Source of the DNA: an uncultured Bacilli bacterium
Lineage (GTDB): Bacteria; Bacillota_I; Bacilli_A; RF39; UBA660
NCBI GenBank assembly: GCA_934149245.1
Contig: CAKPER010000002.1
Location: 4,879-68,878 of the forward strand
Length of the DNA: 64,000 bases
Direction: 5' to 3'
Shown: one piece after another, positions 10,053 through 19,745 of the stretch
Layout of the letters: each line of letters begins with the position of its first letter
How positions within the stretch are numbered: position 1 is the first letter of the stretch
Notes under the pieces: generated by a model
Databases searched by the model: none
The model's input: only the letters and a program-made list of their open reading frames with translations
What the model was told of the DNA's origin: nothing
Position numbers and translations under genes: made by a program

Positions 10053-10559
10053 TTAACGCTTACGTCCTTTTTCTTGTTCTTCAGTAAATTGATAAGTGTC
10101 ATTAAAATCTCTTTCTGAGATACCATACATATCATTAATATTTGTAATATTGATATACCCACCAGCTGCGATTTTTATGTTTTCTCCCCACTGATTTAAA
10201 ATAATATTATCATTTATTTGAACAAATATTTGTGGACCACCTTTTGGTTTAAATAGAGTAGGATTTTCAGGATCTATTTCATATTTTTTTCTAAAAACAC
10301 TATCTTCGATAATCCATTGATTTACATGGTTGTTATTATCTAACATAATATTTCCATCTTCATCTACTTTAGTTACAATCCATCCTGGTTGGTTAGTATT
10401 TTCATCATTTTGTACAGAAGCAACTTTTTCTTGAATTTCATGGCCTAAAGAGTCAACACTCCATGAAATAACCTTTTCTCCAACTTGCCCCTGTTTTGCT
10501 ACAATTCTAGCAAATTTTTCTGCTTCTTTAGGTATCATTGTACCATTTTTAATTCCCAT
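10053..10559 (-). CDS. Hypothetical cytoplasmic protein
   Basis: 168-aa ORF with normal amino-acid composition. No diagnostic motif recognised. Confidence 0.55.
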   Translation of the reverse strand: MGIKNGTMIPKEAEKFARIVAKQGQVGEKVISWSVDSLGHEIQEKVASVQNDENTNQPGWIVTKVDEDGNIMLDNNNHVNQWIIEDSVFRKKYEIDPENPTLFKPKGGPQIFVQINDNIILNQWGENIKIAAGGYINITNINDMYGISERDFNDTYQFTEEQEKGRKR

Positions 10560-10685
10560 ATCAACATATTGATGTACATCAACTTTTGTATAATTTTAAC
10601 ATATTTAAAGCAATTTTAAAATTGTTTTGTACTTTTTTTCTTATAATGATATAATTTATTTATATTAGTAGTAAGAGGTGGTAGT

Positions 10686-12371
10686 GTGTTAAAAAACATA
10701 TATGAAAAAGCTAAGAAATATGATTATGTGATTGTGATTTTTATTGTTTCCTGTCTATTGTTATCAACACTCTTCATACATGATAGATTTTGGGGACATG
10801 ATACTGTATTTCATGCAGCAAATATTATAGAACTATCTAAAACAATAGAATTAAATAATATTTTTGGGACTGATATATTAAAAATGCCCGCTAATAGATT
10901 TGGCTATGGAACCTATTTATTTTATCCTAAATTACCACATCTACTAAGTGCATACTTATATAAAATTTTTAAAAATGTATATTTAAGTATGAATATAATC
11001 TATTTTATAGTAATGTTTTTATCAGGAATAGTAATGTTTTTACTTTCAAATAAAATATTCAATAATAAAAAAGTAGCACTTATCTCTTCTATCATATATT
11101 TAACGATTCCATATCATATAACAGAAATGTATATTAGAGATGCTTATGCCGAAAATTTTATGTTCTTAGCTAATCCTTTAATATTTTTAGGTTTATATCA
11201 TTTAAAAGATAATAACAAGAACAAATTTTATCTCTTTTTTATACTAGGGTATGTTATAGGACTATATAGTCATCTAGTAAGTATGTTATTTACAACAATA
11301 TTTGTCTTCATATTTTTATTATATTTCCATAAAGATTATTTAAAAAAAGATAAAATAAAAGCATTATTTATAAGTATAATAATTGTTACAGCACTAGTAA
11401 GTCCATTTTTAGTTAAAGTAATAGAATATAAGGCTCTAAATATTCATGGGGTATTTTTAGATAGTAGTTTTACTAATAGAAACTTTTTAATAAATAGAAC
11501 TCTTACCTTAAAATCTTTATTTATAAAAGAAAATGTTGATAATGTTTGCTTTAATTTTAATACTATTACTATTATTATGACTATTCTAACTCTTTTGTTA
11601 TGTTTTAGTAAAAAAGTTAAGTATCAAAAAAATAGCTCTATTTTAATATTATTAAGTATTTTAACTATTATACTCTTAACCTCAAAAACATTATGGAAAT
11701 ATATGCCTAGTATATTTTTAATGCTTCAATTCTCTTGGAGATTATTAGTATTTTTAGGAATGTTAGTCTCTTTATATGCTCCATTATGTATAACTTATTT
11801 AGATAATACTAAAATTAGTAAAAAAGTAGAGTATATTCTTTATCTTTTAATAATAATTATCTTAATTTATAGTGGATTTAATTCTATCAATTACTATAGC
11901 AATTTTAAGTATAGTGAAAGTTTAGTTATCCAAAACGTTCTTGCTTTAGGATCTCAAAAAGAGTATCTACCATATAATCCTAAAGAAGATTTATATTCCT
12001 ACAATTATAATAGAGATGAAAAAATATATTCTTCTAACAAAAAAGTAAAAATAAAAATTACTGAAAATAAATTTCCAAGTATGAAGTTCAAAGTATCTAA
12101 TCTAGATAAAAAAATAAAGATAGAATTACCTAGAACATATTATTTAGGATATCATTTACGAGATAATAAGGGTAGAGAAATCTCTTTATATTGTGGTAAT
12201 AATGGTTTATTAAAAGCCAAAATTAAAAGAAATGGTTCCTATACTTTAGTACATACCAGCACCTTAGTAGAAAAAATTAGTAACATAGTAGCAACTTTAA
12301 CAATAATTATGCTAATTAGTGTAGAATGCAAGCAAAGATTAATTTGTAAAAACAATAAGAGTTTGGTATAA
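10686..12371 (+). CDS. Polytopic membrane protein, possibly a GT-C-type glycosyltransferase
   Basis: GAGGTGG RBS with GTG start. More than 10 predicted TM helices. N-terminal FWGHDTVFH loop resembles GT-C/PTPS-related membrane proteins. Functional call is tentative. Confidence 0.5.
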   Translation: MLKNIYEKAKKYDYVIVIFIVSCLLLSTLFIHDRFWGHDTVFHAANIIELSKTIELNNIFGTDILKMPANRFGYGTYLFYPKLPHLLSAYLYKIFKNVYLSMNIIYFIVMFLSGIVMFLLSNKIFNNKKVALISSIIYLTIPYHITEMYIRDAYAENFMFLANPLIFLGLYHLKDNNKNKFYLFFILGYVIGLYSHLVSMLFTTIFVFIFLLYFHKDYLKKDKIKALFISIIIVTALVSPFLVKVIEYKALNIHGVFLDSSFTNRNFLINRTLTLKSLFIKENVDNVCFNFNTITIIMTILTLLLCFSKKVKYQKNSSILILLSILTIILLTSKTLWKYMPSIFLMLQFSWRLLVFLGMLVSLYAPLCITYLDNTKISKKVEYILYLLIIIILIYSGFNSINYYSNFKYSESLVIQNVLALGSQKEYLPYNPKEDLYSYNYNRDEKIYSSNKKVKIKITENKFPSMKFKVSNLDKKIKIELPRTYYLGYHLRDNKGREISLYCGNNGLLKAKIKRNGSYTLVHTSTLVEKISNIVATLTIIMLISVECKQRLICKNNKSLV

Positions 12372-12449
12372 TATCACTTGATGAATAAACATTTTAAATA
12401 TAATTCATTATAAAATATTATAATTAAAGATAAAAGTGTAGAGGTTATT

Positions 12450-14327
12450 ATGTATTATAAAATAGAAAATGGCAGTATTACAATTGATGGTAATACCATA
12501 TTAGAAAATATTAATTTTTGTGTAAAAGATAACGAAAAAATTGGAATTATTGGTAGAAATGGTAGTGGAAAGAGTACTTTGTTAAAGGCTATCATTGGCA
12601 AGTTGGAATTAAATGATGGCTATGATAAGGTTAGAGTAGATAAAACTAACGATTTCAAGATAGGCTATGCTAGCCAGAATATTGATAGTAGCTTAAATAT
12701 AAAAATGATTGATTATATAAAAAGCGCTTATAGTAATTTAGTTAATATAGAAAAAAATCTTAGAAAACTTGAAAAAAATATGGAAGAAAACTATCAGGAA
12801 TCTGATCTTTTAAAGTATAACGATTTATTACTCAAATATTCTTATTTAGGAGGTTACAAATATATAGGAGAGTATGAGAATGCTCTTTCAAAGTTTGGTT
12901 TTAGAAGTGAAGATAAAGACAAATATTTAAAAGAATTTTCCGGTGGACAATTAACCAAATTATCTCTTATTAAAATACTTCTTTCAAAACCAGACTTATT
13001 AATTTTAGATGAACCTACTAATCACTTAGATATGACTAGTATAGAATGGTTAGAAAACTATTTAAATAATTATAAAAAAAGTATAATAATAGTAAGTCAT
13101 GATAGAATGTTACTAGATAATGTATGTAATATTATTTATAATATAGAATATGGTGTTTTAAAAAGATATAGTGGTAATTATAGTTATTTTCTAAAACAAT
13201 ATAACGAAGAATATATAAAAGCTAAAAAAGATTATAATGAACAACAAAAAGAAATAAAAAGACTTCAAAGTATTGTAGATAGATTTAAATATAAACCAAC
13301 TAAAGCTCGCATGGCACTATCTAAATTAAAACAAATTGAGAGAATGAATATAATAGAAGAACCAAAAAAAGTATCTGATAGAACCTTTAAAATTAATTTT
13401 GATCCAAATATTAATAGTTATAAAGATATTTTAAAGTTAAAAAATTTAGCTGTTGGCTATGATAAAAAACTATGTACCCTTAATTTTAATTTAGAAAGAG
13501 GAGATAAACTTGGAGTTATTGGAAAAAATGGAACAGGTAAGAGTACTTTAATTAAAACAATTCTTGGAACTATTCCTCCTCTTAGTGGTAAATGTATATT
13601 AGGTGATAGATTAGAAATTGGTTACTTTTCTCAACAATTAGATAATTTAGAATGGACTAATACTATTTATGATGAAATAGATAAAACTTTACCTGAATTA
13701 AAACCTAATGAAATTAGAAATTTACTTGGGACATTTGGTTTTAGTGGTGATGATGTTTTTAAAAAGATAAATGATTTATCTGGAGGAGAAAAAGTTCGAG
13801 TTAGTTTGTGTAAAATTTTAAGTAAAAAGCCTAATTTACTTATAATGGATGAACCTACTAATCATTTAGATATTGTTAGTAAAGACACAATAGAAAAACT
13901 ATTAAAAAACTATAAAGGTAGTGTTATTGTTGTTAGTCATGATAGATATCTCATCAAAAATGTTTGTAATAAGGTTCTAGCACTAGAAAATGAAATAGGT
14001 ACTATTTATAATGGTTATCTTGATTATTTAGAAAAAAGAAATCCTCAAACTAATCAAACACCTAATCTTAATTCTTCTATTAAAAAAGAAAAAAATCTCA
14101 AAAAAGTTGTTAAGAAAGATAAAAGTGTTAATAATAAAATTAAAAAGTTAGAAACAGAGATAGAAAAACTAGAAAATAGGGTTAAATTTTTAGAGCAGGA
14201 ACTTTTAAAAAAAGAAATTTATATGGATGGAGTTAAAGCTAAAAGTATCACTTCTGAAATAGATAGTATAAATGAAGATATAGAAAATAAAACTCTAGAG
14301 TGGGATGAATTAGCTAGTAAAATATAG
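12450..14327 (+). CDS. ABC-F family ATPase (two fused ABC domains, no TM domain, C-terminal coiled coil)
   Basis: Walker A GRNGSGKST and GKNGTGKST; signatures FSGGQ and LSGGE; Walker B LILDEPTNHLD and LIMDEPTNHLD. Confidence 0.85.
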   Translation: MYYKIENGSITIDGNTILENINFCVKDNEKIGIIGRNGSGKSTLLKAIIGKLELNDGYDKVRVDKTNDFKIGYASQNIDSSLNIKMIDYIKSAYSNLVNIEKNLRKLEKNMEENYQESDLLKYNDLLLKYSYLGGYKYIGEYENALSKFGFRSEDKDKYLKEFSGGQLTKLSLIKILLSKPDLLILDEPTNHLDMTSIEWLENYLNNYKKSIIIVSHDRMLLDNVCNIIYNIEYGVLKRYSGNYSYFLKQYNEEYIKAKKDYNEQQKEIKRLQSIVDRFKYKPTKARMALSKLKQIERMNIIEEPKKVSDRTFKINFDPNINSYKDILKLKNLAVGYDKKLCTLNFNLERGDKLGVIGKNGTGKSTLIKTILGTIPPLSGKCILGDRLEIGYFSQQLDNLEWTNTIYDEIDKTLPELKPNEIRNLLGTFGFSGDDVFKKINDLSGGEKVRVSLCKILSKKPNLLIMDEPTNHLDIVSKDTIEKLLKNYKGSVIVVSHDRYLIKNVCNKVLALENEIGTIYNGYLDYLEKRNPQTNQTPNLNSSIKKEKNLKKVVKKDKSVNNKIKKLETEIEKLENRVKFLEQELLKKEIYMDGVKAKSITSEIDSINEDIENKTLEWDELASKI

Positions 14328-14396
14328 AAATTTAAAACAATAAAAACATTTACAATTTTAATATTTAAGGCTAAAATTATAATAGGTGGTGTTAGA

Positions 14397-14900
14397 ATGG
14401 AAGATGTTAAATTAATAAAACCAACTAAAGAAATTGCTCAAAAATTAGATTATATGATTTGTAAAAAAAATAATTTAGATTGGAAACGAGGTTATTTGAG
14501 AAGTTGTTTATTCTTTGGAGAAAAACCTATAGAACAAGGTTCATTATCCGATCAAGAATATTATTTTTTAGTTAAAAATCCTGCCTTTGAGTATTATTTA
14601 CTTAAAAATGGTGAAGTTGTAGGAAGAGCAAATTTATCAAAAAGAGCTGAAGACTTTATTGATATTCAATACGTTTCAATAGAAGAAGAGTATCGCGGTA
14701 AAGGTTATGGTACTAAGTTTATTGAATTATTAGAAAAAGAAATAGCCAAAGATAGTAGTGTACAAGGAATTTTTATAGAAGATGCTAGTGCTAACGCTCA
14801 AACTGCAGCTATTGCTAGAAAATTAAATTACGAAAATATTGACAACGGAAGATTTAGAAAGTATCTTTTAAGTGATAAAAAGGGCAAAAAATTACGTTAA
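14397..14900 (+). CDS. GNAT family N-acetyltransferase
   Basis: Acetyl-CoA motif A reads VSIEEEYRGKGYGTKFIELL. Confidence 0.65.
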   Translation: MEDVKLIKPTKEIAQKLDYMICKKNNLDWKRGYLRSCLFFGEKPIEQGSLSDQEYYFLVKNPAFEYYLLKNGEVVGRANLSKRAEDFIDIQYVSIEEEYRGKGYGTKFIELLEKEIAKDSSVQGIFIEDASANAQTAAIARKLNYENIDNGRFRKYLLSDKKGKKLR

Positions 14901-15034
14901 AAACATTATATTATAATAAAAATATAGTGTTTTTTTAAGTACTCAACTTCTTCTTTAGTTAATTCAACCATACAGTTATTTATAATAATTATATATATGT
15001 TTATAATTATAAATAGAGTGGAGGTCATTATAAT

Positions 15035-16147
15035 ATGATATATTTAGATTATGCTGCTAATACTCCAGTAGATAAAAGAGTTTTAGCTAAATTTGATGAG
15101 GTAACTTTATCTTGCTACGGCAATGCCAATAGTTTACATGATAGTGGTATTTATGCTAAAAAACTTATAGATAAAGCTAGTAGAGAAATATCTTCTTATT
15201 TTAATTGTGAACCTAGTTGTGTTATTTATACTAGTGGTAGTAGTGAAGCTAACAATTTTATAATAAAAGGAGTAGCGTCACGTCACCTAAAAAATAAAGG
15301 TCATATAATTATATCTTCTAATTCTCATTCTTCTGTTATAGCTCCTTGCAATTATTTAGCTACATTAGGTTATGAAGTCGATGTTATTCCTCTAAACAAG
15401 AATGGAGTAATAGATTTAGAAAAATTAGAAAACACTATTCAGGATAACACTATTTTAGTAAGTATTACAGCGGTTGATGGAGAAATTGGTGCTATTCAAC
15501 CAATAAATGATATAAGTAAGTTATTAAAAAAAGATAAAAATATTTTATTTCATGTTGATGCAACTCAAGCTATAGGTAAAGTTTCTCTTGATTATACTGG
15601 GGTAGATTTTCTAACTTTTGCTCCTCATAAATTTTATGGTTTAAATGGAATAGGGGCTGCTATTAATTTTAATAATACCAAATTAACGCCTCTAATTCAC
15701 GGTGGCAAATCTACTACCATATATAGAAGTGGAACTCCACCAACAGCAAGTATAGTAGCTTTTGCTACAACTTTAAAAATAGCTCTAAAAAATCAGGAAA
15801 AAAGATATAATTATGTACTTTCACTAAACAAATATTTAATTTCTGAATTAAAAAATATCCCCAATATTAAGATAAATATGCCTACTAGTTCAGTAGCTAA
15901 TATAATTAATTTTAGTGTTAAAAATGCTAACGTAGTTGTAAAAAAACTATACAAACAGGGTATATATGTTTCTAGAAAATCAGCTTGTTCTAATGCTGAT
16001 AGTCCATCAAATTCTGTCTTAGCTATTACTAATGATATATCTAGAGCTACTAACTCAATTCGTATTAGTATATCTTATCTTACTACCAAAAAAGAATTAA
16101 TTGAATTTATAAAAATATTAAGGAGTGTTACAAATGAAAATAATTAG
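15035..16147 (+). CDS. Cysteine desulfurase (class V aminotransferase, NifS/IscS-like)
   Basis: PLP lysine in FAPHKFYG, HVDATQA, and active-site loop SRKSACSN. Confidence 0.85.
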   Translation: MIYLDYAANTPVDKRVLAKFDEVTLSCYGNANSLHDSGIYAKKLIDKASREISSYFNCEPSCVIYTSGSSEANNFIIKGVASRHLKNKGHIIISSNSHSSVIAPCNYLATLGYEVDVIPLNKNGVIDLEKLENTIQDNTILVSITAVDGEIGAIQPINDISKLLKKDKNILFHVDATQAIGKVSLDYTGVDFLTFAPHKFYGLNGIGAAINFNNTKLTPLIHGGKSTTIYRSGTPPTASIVAFATTLKIALKNQEKRYNYVLSLNKYLISELKNIPNIKINMPTSSVANIINFSVKNANVVVKKLYKQGIYVSRKSACSNADSPSNSVLAITNDISRATNSIRISISYLTTKKELIEFIKILRSVTNENN

Positions 16148-16406
16148 AATAAATGCTATGTGGTGTCCAGGATGTCTTATTTCTAAAAGAATATGGCAAG
16201 AGATAGAAAAAATATATCCCAATATAGAATATATAGATTATGACTATGATTTAGATATAGAAAGTGAAAATTATAATGTTGGTGATATATTACCTGTAGC
16301 TATAATAGAGAAAAATAAAAAGGAAATAACAAGAATTATTGGGGAAAAAAGTAAAGATGAAATATTAGAAGTATTAAGAGGTGTTACAGATGAAGAAATT
16401 ATTTAA
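16134..16406 (+). CDS. Small thioredoxin-like protein (CPGC)
   Basis: AAGGAG RBS lies 8 nt before ATG 16134. WCPGC redox motif. Overlaps the desulfurase stop. Confidence 0.6.
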   Translation: MKIIRINAMWCPGCLISKRIWQEIEKIYPNIEYIDYDYDLDIESENYNVGDILPVAIIEKNKKEITRIIGEKSKDEILEVLRGVTDEEII

Positions 16407-17556
16407 AATATTATTAATATTTATTTTATTAATTCCTTTAAATGGTTATGCTAAACAAAAAGAATATAAAGATATAGTTGGTAAATATTATGATATAAGT
16501 GATGATAATACTATAAATATCTATCTATTCTATAGTGCTACTTGTCCTCATTGTAAAAAAGAAGAAGCATATTTAAAAGAATTAAAAAGAAAATACAATG
16601 GTAAAATAAAAGTCTATAGATATGAGGTTACATCTAATACTAAAAACTATAATATTATGACTAAAGTAAAAAATGAAGTTAATGAAAGTAATTTAGGTGT
16701 TCCTTTTACAGTAATTGGAGATAAGTATATTTTAGGTTATACAGAAAAATACAATACTAGATTTGAAAATATTATTAATAGTTATTTAAAGACAAAAAAA
16801 AGTTCTAATACTTATGATATTCCTCTTATGGGACGTATTAATGGGAAAGGAGCTAGTATAGAACTAATAGCAATTATTCTAGGCTTTATAGATGGTTTTA
16901 ATCCCTGTGCTATGTGGATATTATTATTACTTATAAATATGTGTTTATCAATTAAAGATAAAAAGAAAATGTTATTAGTAGGTCTAACATTTATTATAAC
17001 ATCAGGAATTGTCTACTTTCTATCTATGCTTGGAATGGGCTTTGTTCTAGACTTAGGAACAGTTCTCTATCTTAGAGATCTAATTGCTATATTTGCTATA
17101 ATATTAGGAATATATAATTTATATACTTACTACAAAACCAGAAAAGATACTGGATGTCATGTTACTAATAAAAAAGCCCGAAGAGGTATTGTTAACAAAA
17201 TAAAAAATATTTTAAAAAGTAACAGCCTTTTATTTATCTTAAGTGGAACCTTTTTACTAGCAGTCTCTGTTAATTTAATAGAGTTAGCTTGTTCCTTAGG
17301 CTTTCCTACTATATTTTTAGAAATCTTATCTATAAATAAAATATATGCTTTAGAAAAAATAGGCTATCTTCTTATATATATATTATTTTATTTAATAGAT
17401 GATATTATTATCTTACTAATAGCCATAAAATCATCAAAAGTATTTGGTATTAGTACTAAATATAATAAATATGTAAATTTAATTGGTGGCATAATAATGC
17501 TTATTATGGGTATTTTACTTATTTTTAAACCAGAAATAATAATGCTAAATTTTTAA
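16390..17556 (+). CDS. Membrane thiol-disulfide oxidoreductase: secreted thioredoxin-like domain (CPHC) fused to a polytopic membrane domain
   Basis: Signal/anchor sequence, then YSATCPHCKKEE, then about 6 TM helices with a conserved NPCAMW segment. Confidence 0.6.
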   Translation: MKKLFKILLIFILLIPLNGYAKQKEYKDIVGKYYDISDDNTINIYLFYSATCPHCKKEEAYLKELKRKYNGKIKVYRYEVTSNTKNYNIMTKVKNEVNESNLGVPFTVIGDKYILGYTEKYNTRFENIINSYLKTKKSSNTYDIPLMGRINGKGASIELIAIILGFIDGFNPCAMWILLLLINMCLSIKDKKKMLLVGLTFIITSGIVYFLSMLGMGFVLDLGTVLYLRDLIAIFAIILGIYNLYTYYKTRKDTGCHVTNKKARRGIVNKIKNILKSNSLLFILSGTFLLAVSVNLIELACSLGFPTIFLEILSINKIYALEKIGYLLIYILFYLIDDIIILLIAIKSSKVFGISTKYNKYVNLIGGIIMLIMGILLIFKPEIIMLNF

Positions 17557-17562
17557 TTTTCC

Positions 17563-17592
17563 TTGACTATTAATGTCTAATTATGATAAAAA
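17563..17592 (+). promoter_or_regulatory. Candidate SigA promoter
   Basis: TTGACT, ~18-nt spacer, then TGaTAAAAA. This argues for the ATG 17645 start of the next gene. Confidence 0.35.
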
Positions 17593-17644
17593 TCAGCCCA
17601 AAAAGATAAAATTATGGTACAATTTATATACGGGGGAGATAATT

Positions 17645-18445
17645 ATGAATGAAATAGATTATAGGGATAAAGAAGTAGAAGAATATATTAATAATAAATT
17701 AGGAGAATATAAAAGAGTGTTACTACCTAGTATTTATGAATATTTAGAATCACTAGTCAACTTAGAAGTATCTGCTGTTAAAGAGCTTTTAAGTAAAGAA
17801 GATTATATTGCTATTAGTAATTTGGATATTTATAGAAAAGTAGTTATATATAATATTTATAATAAGATATTAAGAGTTATCCAAAATATTGATGATACTT
17901 TTATAAAAAGAGATATTAAAAACTATGGTAATTTAGAAGCAAGCTTAATTTTAGATGGTCATAAGTATAATTTGGTTGACTTTAAAAACAATGATTTTAA
18001 AAAAGAAAATATACTATTAGATGCTGAAAGAGATACTTTTAGTACTCTAAAGCTATATAACCATCAAGAAAAAGCAACTATTAAAGATACTGAAATAGAA
18101 AAATATGAAGAAAAATTAAATAGATTATATAATGCCTCTAATCCCTTTTTTATATCTGGAAATTCTAGAGGAGAATTAGCTTCTAGCTGGATAGAGACAT
18201 ATAATCAAAAATTACAATATTGTATTGATGTTCTTGAAGCATTAGAAGAAAAAGCTAAGTCTAGTGCTATTAATAGTAATTTAGAAAAAATTAATGATAT
18301 TAATGAATTATTGTTTAAAGAACTAGAATTAGTAGAAAGTGAATTTAAAGATAGTGGCTACGAAAGAAATACTAGTGTTTTAACTAAAAGGTTAGAAAAG
18401 AGAGTATCTGGAGTAGATATTCTAAAGTGTGTACAATATAAATAA
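17645..18445 (+). CDS. Hypothetical protein
   Basis: GGGGGAG RBS before ATG 17645 (the track ORF extends 72 nt upstream). No recognised motif. Confidence 0.55.
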   Translation: MNEIDYRDKEVEEYINNKLGEYKRVLLPSIYEYLESLVNLEVSAVKELLSKEDYIAISNLDIYRKVVIYNIYNKILRVIQNIDDTFIKRDIKNYGNLEASLILDGHKYNLVDFKNNDFKKENILLDAERDTFSTLKLYNHQEKATIKDTEIEKYEEKLNRLYNASNPFFISGNSRGELASSWIETYNQKLQYCIDVLEALEEKAKSSAINSNLEKINDINELLFKELELVESEFKDSGYERNTSVLTKRLEKRVSGVDILKCVQYK

Positions 18446-18480
18446 AGAATGCTGAAAACATTAGAATGGGTGAGATTATT

Positions 18481-19494
18481 ATGAATGAAAAAATAAAGAT
18501 TATTACTTTAAATGATAGAATTGAAGAATTTATTAGTTGGTATAATAAAGAAATGTTAAAAAGTTTACAATATGGGAAATATTCTTATTCTAAAGAATTA
18601 AAAAATTTTATAGATAAAATGGCTGTTTGGTATGAATTAAGATATCCTGATTATGAAATTGATAGAAAGTTAGATGGCTATGATACACCTTCTAAGAAAA
18701 GTCCTTTAAATTACAAAAACGAATATATAAGAAACAAATTAGAAGAAAAATTATTAAAAGGGGATAGTAATGGTTATAAAGAAGCATATAATGGTATGGA
18801 ATTTTTAGAAAGTCTAGCTTGGCCTAAACTATATAATTTAAATGCTTTTATAAGAGCTCTTCCTAAAAGTGAAAAAGAATTTCTTGCTAAAGTAAAATAT
18901 CCAGAATCATTAAGTATTAATTTAAATTCAAGTATTAAAGATTTTAAATTAACTAGTAATGGTGAAGTTAGAGAAAAGAATGATTCTAGTAATATAGTTC
19001 TAGAAGATAAGTATGGTCAAAAACTAAGTTTTAATTCTATTAACTTAGAAAAACTATTAGAGGTATTAAAATGTGATAATTTTATAATTTCTGATTATGA
19101 TATAGATAAAATAACAAGAATTATCAATAGATATAAGCTTGAACAAAAATGTTATAATGGTATTTTAGATAGTGTTATGTATAAGATAATTGAAAGAGGT
19201 AGTGATTATTACGCTGGTATAAGAGCTTATATGTTTGCTAGTGAGTTTGCAAGAGATAGAAGTGTTCCTATGATATATGGAATGGATACTAATAATCCCT
19301 ATTTGAAAAAAATAATTAATGATTATTTAGAAAGTGGTGGAAATAAAGATCTTGTATGTTATGATGGCTATATTACAAGAAGTAGTGATAGAGCATTTTT
19401 GAATGAATATAGCCTAGATGAATTACTAGAAAAGGCTAGTCTTAATAATAAAAAAGCCTCTAAAAGAAAAGTAAGAAATATAAAACATGATTAA
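18481..19494 (+). CDS. Hypothetical protein
   Basis: GGGTGAG RBS before ATG 18481. No recognised motif. Confidence 0.55.
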   Translation: MNEKIKIITLNDRIEEFISWYNKEMLKSLQYGKYSYSKELKNFIDKMAVWYELRYPDYEIDRKLDGYDTPSKKSPLNYKNEYIRNKLEEKLLKGDSNGYKEAYNGMEFLESLAWPKLYNLNAFIRALPKSEKEFLAKVKYPESLSINLNSSIKDFKLTSNGEVREKNDSSNIVLEDKYGQKLSFNSINLEKLLEVLKCDNFIISDYDIDKITRIINRYKLEQKCYNGILDSVMYKIIERGSDYYAGIRAYMFASEFARDRSVPMIYGMDTNNPYLKKIINDYLESGGNKDLVCYDGYITRSSDRAFLNEYSLDELLEKASLNNKKASKRKVRNIKHD

Positions 19495-19554
19495 GGTAAG
19501 ATATACTTTAATTATGTTTTTTACTTTTTTAGCTAAAAAATAAGTAAGTATAAT

Positions 19555-19656
19555 CTAATCATAATTATACTTACTAATATTTAAAAGAATACTCATTGAT
19601 AACATAGTTATTAGAAGACTACTTCCTCCATAAGACAGAAACGGAAGAGTAACACC
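19555..19656 (-). pseudogene. 3' segment (33 codons plus stop) of a split SEDS (SpoVE/FtsW/RodA-family) gene
   Basis: Minus-strand translation GVTLPFLSYGGSSLLITMLSMSILLNISKYNYD*. This is the universally conserved SEDS C-terminal motif that is missing from the 22596-23588 ORF. There is no start codon or RBS of its own. Confidence 0.8.
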
Positions 19657-19699
19657 CTAAGTATTGCAAATACAACTTATTTTATGTAGGAAACATTTA

Positions 19700-19743
19700 C
19701 AAAATAACTGAAAAATGATAGTAATATTTCAAAATAACTGAAA
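19700..19743. repeat. Two direct copies of CAAAATAACTGAAA spaced 30 bp apart at the left end of the element
   Basis: Exact 14-mers at 19700-19713 and 19730-19743, between the junction and the recombinase stop codon. Confidence 0.7.
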
Positions 19744-19745
19744 TA

